A stretch of 10,170 bases of DNA from Azolla caroliniana (lineage: Eukaryota; Plantae; Polypodiophyta). The notes beneath the pieces are model-generated. The model saw only the letters and a list, made by a program, of their open reading frames with translations, was not told where the DNA came from and did not search any database. Location: the NCBI GenBank assembly GCA_043228905.1, contig JBHGNT010001295.1:1-10170 (forward strand). Reading direction: 5' to 3'. The first letter of the stretch is position 1; every line of letters begins with the position of its first letter. Below are positions 1 through 8,313 of this stretch, piece after piece. A program made the position numbers and the translations under genes.

Positions 1-170
1 AAACATAGTTGAGTATCGGAAATTCCTGGAGTCCTGTGACTTCATTAAGGTATATAATTTCCTATTTTTCAATGTACGTTTCTGTTAGACAGTACCCTGG
101 TAAAGATAGAAACAAGATTCTGGCTGCCAACAATCAAGAATATGCATATTTTCTTCGTATTGAATGCCAG

Positions 171-263
171 GCTAGCACGCAATGGAGGAAGGTAGCTGAT
201 AGGCTCGAGGAAGATGAAAGATGCACTCGTCTTGCTAAGGCGGACCGACTTGATGTTTTTCAG
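171..263 (+). CDS. PRP40: PRP40 exon 1 in window (FF domain): ASTQWRKVADRLEEDERCTRLAKADRLDVFQ
   Basis: Acceptor tgccag|GCT, donor CAG|gtttgt. 93 nt, phase 0/0. FF-type W...L..D.R and R...F motifs. Confidence 0.93.
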
Positions 264-3200
264 GTTTGTTTTGGGGAAGATTTTCTATTTTCGGTCAAGT
301 ATGTCTCACTTACAAAATATGCTCATCGGCTTTCAATCTCAATAAACTAGGAGTACATCCGTGATTTGGAGAAAGCATTGGAGGAAGAAATTAAAAAGGA
401 GAAGGTAATTATCTGGATGTTGACATGCTTTCATAAATTTGGTTTTGGATTATTTCATCTCTTGAAAGTGCTTCAAATCCAAAATTTAGCTTCACTTTAT
501 CCACACAAATGGGGTCTCTAGATACTTTATGGCTGTGAGCAGACCTTTTCTGCATTTCCTGTTCTTTGAGTTTGGCTTTGATGTGTTCACAAATCTATTA
601 TCAAACTCTTCAGCTAGCCTGATTGGTCTACCTGTTATAAAATTGTTCATTTTTCCACAAGTGAACACATTTATCAATTCTTGACTTGCTTTGTTGATAT
701 AGGAACAACAAAGGAGGAGGGAGAGGACAAACAGAGATGATTTCAGGAAGTTGTTGGAGGAACATAGAATATCTGGTTTGCTTACTGTACGTGTAGCCTG
801 GTGGGATTATGTGGCGATGGTAAGCATGATAATACAGAAAAATCAAATGATATATATAGTATCTTTTATAGAACAAGTTCAGGTTAGTATGGACAAATCA
901 AATTCTATATTTTGTATCTTGATATACAACCTCAAAATTTTAAGAGAATGTCTAAGAAGAATACCTTCCTTGCCTTGCACCATCTGCAATAACAATATAA
1001 GATATTCTTTTCTTTTTTACTTCTTTTTTATTTTTATTTCAACTTTGCTACCCTAGTTATTTAGGGTCCTTCACACAGAAAATGACTCCTTAGGGATTAA
1101 GGCATTGGGATATAATGAATGCTGATATTCTGTTAGAACAGTTCAGTAATTTTGTCTAGAATCTTGTGAGTTTAATTTTTGAGTATTTTTGGTACATCAT
1201 TCTCGACATTGAACTAAGCAATGCAGAATTAAGCTCATAGATGAGTGTGGCCTTTGTACAAAAATGATGCAGTAGTTTAGACAACAAGTTGGTAAAAGCC
1301 TACTTACTACTTAAGAGACTCAACACAGGAAGCCAAATGAATACCATTGATGGTGGGAATTTATGTTTATAGAATGTATTTCAGTTAATTTTTATTAATG
1401 AAATTTGATCTCATTTTATCTCCAGGTTAAAGATCACCCTGTCTACATTGCTGTGTGTTTGAATACTTCTGGGACAACTCCAAAAGAATTGTTTGAGGAT
1501 GTTGCAGATGACATGATAAAACAGGTGCAGTTTTTTGCCTTCATTTAATCCCAGGTGTCTGAAACTATTCTAACATATGTTAGTTGGTGGTTCTGTTCTT
1601 AAAAGAATAACTCCTGGATGCCGAATTTTGCAGTACTCAGACGATAAAGGCAGAATAAAAGACTTTATCAAGGCTAGGAAGGTAAACGCATTCCATTTAT
1701 GGATATGCTTTGTAGTGAAATTTGAATTTGCATTTGAATTTCTAATCTTATTGTATCATGTCAATTGTTCATATCAGATCAATTTAACTTCAGAATGGAC
1801 ACTTGAAGAGTTTAAAGCTGCCATTCTTAATGCAGGTGTCCTAGGAAGTATCTCCGAGCAGACCTTGAAGGTAAGTATCTTTCTTCTTATATTTCTGGAA
1901 GTTGTGGACATTAACTACCTTGTTTGGCTGAGGAGTCTTTTGTATGTGAATGTTGCAGTTTGTATTTGAAGATCTCTTGGAGAGAGTGAAGGAAAAAGAA
2001 GAGAAGGAGGTGAAAATGAAGAAAAGAGCTGCTGATGATTTCAATGAGCTTCTCCACACAGACAAGGTGAGATTTAAAATACTATACTGTAAGAATTTGA
2101 TTGATGGAGATTTATCAAATCGTACTGATCTTCAGATCTTTATTTTTGTTTCATTGCTGGTTGTGTAGTCAATTACAGTATCATCTGTATGGGAAGACTG
2201 CAAGGGGTTACTTGAAAACACTCCTGCATTCAGGTTAGGATGTGACTGAATGATTCTAAAATGAAATGTTGCCTTGGATGACTCTTAACTAATTCTTTGA
2301 ATTCAGGATTGTTGGTGACGAAATCCTTTGTAAAACATTATTTGATGAATATGTTCTTCATTTGCAACAAAAAGCCAAAGAAAAGGAAAAGAAACGGGAA
2401 GATGAAAAGGTATAGTTTCAAATTCTAAGTCTCTAAGCTGCAAATTGTGGGGAATTAAATAAAAGTATGTAATAACTTGAGAAAATGGTTGCATAAAGAG
2501 CATGGTCAGTGTTCACGTGCATATATGCACAATATCTTTGTTGCGTTATGTCCTAGTCTGGATATGCAGCAACGAGATTATGTATATGAAATTTGTCATC
2601 ATTGTTTCATGGTTTGAAGCCTGGAGGTATGCAAATATTTATTTAACTAAGTGCGATCTATACTGGAAAATGGTTCCTATACTGGTACTTCTTGGTGGTG
2701 GTGTTCCCCCAGGCACCTGACCAAGCATATTTCATATAACGAAACCACCAGCCTCAGTAGTCTAGTTGTTCTAGTATGAGAGCGGAAAGCTTGATAATTT
2801 TCATCATACTTCAGGCTCTGCAGCTGTGAAACTACAATTTCAAAGTGACAGGTCGCTGCTGTTTTTCATCTGTCCGTCTCCTTTCCCTTCACATTCCTTG
2901 GTTAAACCCCCTCTCATCATCTTAAGGGATAGACATTTGGATCCTATCCCTTTTCCCTGAAATATGTGCTGTGGCCCATAGCCTGGAACTCATTGATTGA
3001 GGTGTTAGTTAATTTTGTCTTGTTTTTCGTTGAATCCACACTGTTAGAAAATGCATTACATGAAATTTCATATTCATGTTCATTAATTTATTTGTGTGTG
3101 CGTGCTGTTCCTCAAAAGCAATTTAAAGAATTTTGCATTTGGTGTTGTTGAGGATTGCCTAATAATAGTGTTTTAGCTGATTCAGGAACATGTGTCTTGA

Positions 3201-4288
3201 GGTCTCGAATATTGAATTGCCAATAGTAATTGAAGAAAAGTCAAATCATGAAGTATTGGAGTATTTAATCATTAATGAGAGAAACGAGCTAAATCTAGCT
3301 TAAAAAGCACCCAAGTTATGCCATGAATGATGGGTTATATAACATAGCCTAAGATATAAACTGAAAATTCTTAAATGCCCATCAATCACAGTTGTTGACT
3401 CCAGAAAGAGAAGTTGAGAGAGCCTAGTTTGTTTTTTGGTTTGATATGCAATGGCTTACTTTTTAATATTACAGTATATGTGACACTGTAGAAACAAAGA
3501 AAACATCATGGAAGTAAAATGATGTTTGGATTATTCTATCTGAAGAATCAGTATGAACTTGTTGTACTCTTTGTTGGTTGCTGAAATCATCTATCTTACA
3601 ACCTTGTGTTCACAAAAGAATATAGGCTTGACTATCCTATGTTAGAGTCAAGGGCTTTGGCCTATTCATGCTGCACATTATCTCTGTCCCTGTTAGCAGT
3701 TATTGAGGCACTTTAGCTCATTTGATCAGCAGACTGACTATTGTATACTTCCTGCCTTTGATTCAGGAAAGGAGAGAGAAAGATAAAGATAAGGTAAAAG
3801 GAAAAGAGAAAGAAAGAAAGGATAAAGAACGAGAGAAAGAGAAATCTGTTAAAAAGGATAGGGAATCACAGATTGAGGCAAGCTTTGACAATGATAAATC
3901 TGAAAAGGAACAACATAAGAAGGATAGGCATGGTGAGAAAGGGAAGCATCGTGACAAGAAACACAAACGGCACCATCAGAGCAAGAGTAATCATGATATG
4001 ACCACAGCAAAAGATGAATCAAAGAAATCCCACAAACATAGTTCCGACAAAAAGAAGTCATCTCGAAAGGTGAGGTTTGCAATAGTTCTCAAGCATTTAT
4101 CCATGTTTAAATGGTAATGCTAATCAGCACTACCTATTTTTTGAACTTCTTTCATGCAGCATGGTGATGACCAAGCTTCTGATGGTGAACATAAGCATAA
4201 GAGACACCGGAGGGATCGAGATCAGGAGAATGGTAAAATTGCTGTCTTGGAAGATGGTGAGCTTGGGGCAGATGGTGACCATCTCTAG
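171..4288 (+). CDS. PRP40: Pre-mRNA-processing protein 40 (PRP40A/B-like, FF-domain U1 snRNP-associated splicing factor), 5'-partial. join(171..263,351..404,703..819,1426..1524,1634..1681,1778..1870,1959..2066,2169..2233,2307..2409,3767..4069,4160..4288)
   Basis: Hand splicing at canonical GT-AG sites gives 1212 nt = 403 aa + TAG with no internal stop. The translation (ASTQWRKVADRLEEDERC...DRLDVFQEYIRDLEK...ERTNRDDFRKLLEEH...NTSGTTPKELFEDV...FEDLLERVKEKEEKE...WEDCK...LFDEYVLHLQQKAKEKEKKREDEK...KKSSRKH...LEDGELG) is colinear with my recollection of the C-terminal half of Arabidopsis PRP40A. No search was run, and A versus B orthology cannot be decided here. Confidence 0.95.
351..404 (+). CDS. 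PRP40: PRP40 exon 2 in window: EYIRDLEKALEEEIKKEK
   Basis: Acceptor aactag|GAG, donor AAG|gtaatt. 54 nt. Completes the FF motif FQ|EYI. Confidence 0.92.
703..819 (+). CDS. PRP40: PRP40 exon 3 in window: EQQRRRERTNRDDFRKLLEEHRISGLLTVRVAWWDYVAM
   Basis: Acceptor atatag|GAA, donor ATG|gtaagc. 117 nt. Start of an FF domain (NRDDFRKLLEEH...W). Confidence 0.93.
1426..1524 (+). CDS. PRP40: PRP40 exon 4 in window: VKDHPVYIAVCLNTSGTTPKELFEDVADDMIKQ
   Basis: Acceptor tctccag|GTT, donor CAG|gtgcag. 99 nt. Conserved NTSG.TPK.LFEDV motif. Confidence 0.93.
1634..1681 (+). CDS. PRP40: PRP40 exon 5 in window: YSDDKGRIKDFIKARK
   Basis: Acceptor ttttgcag|TAC, donor AAG|gtaaac. 48 nt. Confidence 0.9.
1778..1870 (+). 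CDS. PRP40: PRP40 exon 6 in window: INLTSEWTLEEFKAAILNAGVLGSISEQTLK
   Basis: Acceptor atatcag|ATC, donor AAG|gtaagt. 93 nt. Confidence 0.9.
1959..2066 (+). CDS. PRP40: PRP40 exon 7 in window: FVFEDLLERVKEKEEKEVKMKKRAADDFNELLHTDK
   Basis: Acceptor gttgcag|TTT, donor AAG|gtgaga. 108 nt. Confidence 0.93.
2169..2233 (+). CDS. PRP40: PRP40 exon 8 in window: SITVSSVWEDCKGLLENTPAF(R)
   Basis: Acceptor gtgtag|TCA, donor CAG|gttagg. 65 nt, ends in phase 2. FF motif IT..S.WED.K. Confidence 0.9.
2307..2409 (+). CDS. PRP40: PRP40 exon 9 in window: (R)IVGDEILCKTLFDEYVLHLQQKAKEKEKKREDEK
   Basis: Acceptor attcag|G, donor AAG|gtatag. 103 nt, restores the frame after the phase-2 intron. End of the last FF domain (LFDEY). 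Confidence 0.92.
3767..4069 (+). CDS. PRP40: PRP40 exon 10 in window: K/E/R/D/H-rich low-complexity tail, ERREKDKDK...KKSSRK
   Basis: Acceptor ttcctgcctttgattcag|GAA, donor AAG|gtgagg. 303 nt, inside ORF 3722..4117. Basic clusters resemble nuclear localisation signals. Confidence 0.92.
4160..4288 (+). CDS. PRP40: PRP40 terminal coding exon: HGDDQASDGEHKHKRHRRDRDQENGKIAVLEDGELGADGDHL*
   Basis: Acceptor ttctttcatgcag|CAT. 129 nt including TAG. The HKR and LEDGE motifs match the plant PRP40 C-terminus as I recall it. Confidence 0.92.
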   Translation, partial: HGDDQASDGEHKHKRHRRDRDQENGKIAVLEDGELGADGDHL

Positions 4289-4560
4289 AACAAGTTTTGT
4301 AGCTGTTAAGTCGGGGTACTCTGCACTCATCTCTATGTACAAATGACAGACTCTTGGTCTTGAACCTCCAATTTTACACTTTTGCAAAGTGAAGTAGCAG
4401 ATTATAATTTATGTTTGGGTCCAAAAAAGACCCTTTTTTACTTCATTGGTTCATTCTGCCATGATGAAGTTTTTAAAATGCTTATTCTTTAATTTGTATG
4501 AAAGTTGTTTACTATGAAAATTGTTCATGCGTTGTAAGGTTTGAATGTTTCTTTGTTCTG
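4289..4560 (+). other. Probable PRP40 3' UTR and polyadenylation region (end approximate)
   Basis: Follows the stop codon and is U/UG-rich as in plant 3' UTRs. No canonical AATAAA is seen, so the cleavage site cannot be placed. Confidence 0.5.
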
Positions 4561-6816
4561 TGGCTGGCAGTTAAATGCTATGAGAAGTTGGCTTTACTAA
4601 GGTAAGTATTGCATCTCTTTAAGCCAAGATATGTTTTTTGATGTTTTGAGGTCTATTTAGTGCAATAAGTATCTAGCTTGAATAATTTTGAAGTGCAGTT
4701 TCACATAGTTTTATTGCTAAAGATAGGTTGGAATGATCCATGGATACCTTGCTTTGTCTACTTTATTCCACTTATTGTATATCTGTAAAATGGTCTGTAA
4801 AGTTGTTTTGTGCAGTTTTTTATTAGCTCGTGGTTCAAGTTTCAAGGTTTTTATCTACGATGTGAACTGCCCCATTTTTGCTAATTTCTATAGTCCAAGA
4901 TTGCATGGAAATCTACACCACTTCATCCTCTGTTGATTCTCAAATGATGGCTGCTCAGTGAATTTCGAGATTAGTTTGCAGACTTGTAGCTGTGCATGCT
5001 AATTTATGAGTATGTAATTCTAATATAGTGTACAGTGGCAAACCAGGACCAGTTTGCAGCCTATCTTCTCTCCTTCTGGTCCATCATAATAGATAGGTTT
5101 TGAATTATGCAAGCTCTTAATTTCTGGACAGCAAACAGCACATACTAGCCTAATCTTAAGGTTTCAATGTGCTCTTACCAACATACATTAACCTGGCATC
5201 CAACTTTTAATTTGAGATAATTTATGATTAACCTTGACATCATAATAAGGGTGTCCATGAGGAAAGTGGGTTGACATCATGGAAACAGAAGTATGTTTCC
5301 TATGAAGTTAAAGTGTTGTGAGATAGCAGCAGGACATTGCAAGGTTGCATTTCCACTATATATAAATGTTGCTGGATGGCAATGTAGCATTGCAAATGAT
5401 TTTTCTTTGAACCTACAAACACTGGAATTGGATCCTTGTGTTCACTCCTATGATCCAGGTATTGTGTGGGTGGATGCTGACAATCAGGTAGATGGACAAA
5501 CTCTGAAGCATAGAGACTCGTTATGACTGTTCCTTGTAAGACTGTCTATCCCACTAACATATTTTGTGGAGGGTCATGAGAAGGACGTATTCCTTTTAAA
5601 CTCACAGACAGCATGTGTATCTATTGTACGTCATTTTTGGGAATGAACATAGTATACAGCTTTCTTTACATATGGAGGGCAGGCCTTCAAGAAATGGGAG
5701 TGTCATGTATACTGATGATCAAGTTGCCATAATAATAATTCTAGAAACTTCTATTTTTGGAAATTGCTCTTCTAAAATGTTCACTAGTAGAGTATTTCAA
5801 ATTATTCTTTAGACCTGCAGGGCACGTTTTTCCTCCCCTTCATGACATTCGCACATCTCTGTGATGTTCAGTTGGCCGCAGCCATGTTACTTGTTAGGAT
5901 TGTCTTTGTTCTGCTGTATAGGGTTTTCAGATGGGCAGTGGTGATGTGATTTCTGTGGTAATGGAACTTTGTCTGCCAATGGATTTGGTAGCAGCCAATA
6001 ACAAGATGTCTGTTTGATGACTGGTATGTCGGGTTGACAAAAAATGCAAATGGAAATGGAAAAAACGCAGTATGAAAGGTCTTGTTTTGACATTATTAAG
6101 ACTGCATAATTTGTTGTTCTTTCTTTTCTCAGCTACAGCTAACTTCTCTTGAGCAATATTTTGGAGCTTCCTACTTGCAGTCTGTCCAGGTGATTTAAGC
6201 AGGACATTTTTTGCCTAATGATCTCATAGATTGCTTACAAAATGTTGGGACTGTTTTTTATTGTGCATTTATGTCTGTATTATGTTCATGTTATTTGATT
6301 GTACTTATACGTACTATAAGATATTTGCTTAATCTTTCGGATGAAATGGTGTAAAAAGCACAAATTTAATCATCAGGGTTTCTACTCAGGTATATTAAAA
6401 CTCCTGGTTTTCTAATGTGTCCTATTTCCCATTTCCTGAAGTGGTTTTGGTTTTAAGGCATCATAGAAGGGGGATCTCTTGGCTCTTGTTTGATTGATTT
6501 TATTTTTCTCCTATGGTGGTCTGTTGGAAGTAAGGATGGTTAAAATGAAGGATGATGAGTTTTCTCATGCTTAAATGCTTTATTGCAACATGACATGTCT
6601 GGACCACATCTCTTTGTGCGGTGTGTGACTGGTTTTGTTTCAACAGCTGGACATGACATTACTAAAGACTAACTGCTCTTGGATTCGTAATTAGTGTGTA
6701 AAGCGGTTGCAGCCAAATACAATCTGATGTAGTGTTGCAATCCGAATTGAAGAGTTAGAAACCCAATCTAACACAGAGGTGATACTTTCATGCAAGAATT
6801 ATTAATATGGTTGTGG

Positions 6817-6938
6817 GAAGGAGAGGAAATTTCTGGTGTTTGATACTGCCTTTGGCTACCAAGACAAATAAGGAATTCACTTTTGCTATGTTCTCCTCAT
6901 AGATGGTGGAAGGAATGCCAAATCTTTAATCATAGACA
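6817..6938. repeat. Older diverged partial copy of the adjacent repeat unit
   Basis: 6857-6938 aligns without gaps to 7020-7101 at 64/82 identities by hand count. Weaker similarity continues upstream (gaaggagagg...actgcc vs gaaggtgaag...actgtc). Confidence 0.85.
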
Positions 6939-7019
6939 CAATTTTCTTCTTCTTTCAGGCATTTCTGTGGGAAAATCTTCCTGAAGGTGAAGTAATGGTG
7001 TGTGTGGCACTGTCTTGGG

Positions 7020-7343
7020 TACCGAGACAAGTATGAATTTCACGTTTGCCACATTCTCCTCACAGCTAGTGGAAGGAATGCTATATTTTAAATACTAGAC
7101 ATCATCCACCATACAAGGACTCACTTAGAAGAAAATAGTATGATTGGAAAATTCTTAAGCTAATAATATCTTTTTGAAATACCGAGACAAGTATGAATTT
7201 CACGTTTGCCACATTCTCCTCACAGCTAGTGGAAGGAATGCTATATTTTAAATACTAGACATCATCCATCATACAAGGACTCACTTAGAAGAAAATAGTA
7301 TGATTGGAAAATTCTTAAGCTAATAATATCTTTTTGAAATACC
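7020..7343. repeat. Near-perfect tandem duplication, 2 x 160 bp (7020-7179, 7180-7339) plus terminal TACC
   Basis: Direct comparison shows one mismatch (C7109 vs T7269). TACC occurs at 7020, 7180 and 7340. Confidence 0.97.
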
Positions 7344-7647
7344 ATGATGACACAACAGCACATGAAGAAAGGTTTTTGAGGAACCAAAACGTCTGAAATT
7401 AACAAGAGAACCAAAAGCAAAAGAAGCAGCTATCATTGTTTACAGTAGTGATATTCTGACCATCAAAATACATGAGAGCTCATTGTCATGAGTTGTATTT
7501 GCATTTGGCTTTTGCTATTAAATTGAGACCAACTCCATGGATAGAAATAAATATCTCTAAAGAGAATGAGGTGGCTTGAGTAAGAGAACTATGTATGACT
7601 ACACAGCATGGTGGGAGATTAATGATCACCAGGATAATTTCTTTATG

Positions 7648-8000
7648 GATGGTAGCTCTTTATTACTGGGCCAATGTATCTGAGCTTCTCAGGATACAGA
7701 GGCCTTTAAATACATAAGCTAAGATGACATGCGTTCGTTCACCTCCATTGCCTCTTCTGATGGTAGCTCTTTATCACAGTTCATCTCACATGGACACCAT
7801 CATTGGGACCTACCTGTTTTTGAGCTTCATGGGTAGCAGGATATAGAGGCTTTTAGAGACATAAACTGAAATAACATATGCTCATCTGGACAGCCATGTA
7901 AACTAGACACATATGCCAGGGACTATTTTTGGGGCCTACCCATTTTTGAGCTTCATGGGTTGCAGGCATAAAGGCTAGTAGAGACTAACTGAAATGACTT
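7648..8000. repeat. Degenerate tandem repeat, about 3 copies of roughly 110-140 bp
   Basis: gatggtagctctttat at 7648 and 7759. tgagcttc at 7681, 7821 and 7947. tttttgagcttcatgggt at 7817 and 7943. Each tgagcttc core is followed by cagg...aggc and then a cataa(g/a)ct-like motif. Confidence 0.85.
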
Positions 8001-8119
8001 AATGTTTTGCATGCAAGTCAGTTTCTTGGAAAACAATAATGAAACCACACTATTATGCTCACAAATTGAAGCACTAGATGCGTGTGTGGCCTTTTGTATG
8101 TAACTTCGAAAGGTTAAAT

Positions 8120-8313
8120 TATATGCTGGCCCAGATTAGCTGAATCTCTATTTTAGGGCTTTTGTCAGTCATTCCTGAAACACAGAAATTATAGATCAAA
8201 ATTTCAGAGCTCCTCTCCATTAATTACAAGTTAAGAACTCTATGTTCTATATATGCTGGCGGGCACACAATATGGGCCAAAAAGATACATGTTCTGAGGC
8301 TGAAATTATAGAT
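8120..8313. repeat. Remnant of a highly diverged tandem duplication (offset about 117-130 bp)
   Basis: tatatgctggc at 8120 and 8250, and gaaattatagat at 8185 and 8302, in the same order. Confidence 0.55.

Noticed and set aside
1525-1560. Internal ccag|gtgtct site 30 nt into intron 4
   Set aside because: It is too close to the donor to act as an acceptor. As a donor it is weak and would add an in-frame TAA. Nothing supports its use.
2924-2952. Perfect 9-bp inverted repeat aagggatag / ctatccctt in intron 9
   Set aside because: About one such stem is expected by chance in 10 kb. It is too short for a pre-miRNA or MITE, and no TSD is seen.
1841-4387. Minus-strand ORFs 1841..2065, 2303..2503, 3763..3966, 3849..4082, 4130..4387 and the + ORF 4161..4346
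   Set aside because: They are antisense or alternative-frame shadows of purine-rich PRP40 exons, mostly F/S/L-rich, with no recognisable protein features.
4417-4439. gggtc-caaaaaa-gaccc stem-loop followed by a T6 tract, resembling an intrinsic terminator
   Set aside because: The context is a eukaryotic Pol II 3' UTR, and a 5-bp stem is expected by chance.
7344-7396. ATGATGA...CTGA pair resembling a C/D snoRNA
   Set aside because: It is only 53 nt, with no terminal stem and no rRNA-complementary guide that I could recognise.
6817-8313. Repeats read as a CRISPR-like array or LTR pair
   Set aside because: The DNA is eukaryotic, the units are long and not repeat-spacer organised, and there are no cas genes. 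The 160-bp copies abut directly and lack TG...CA ends, PBS and PPT.
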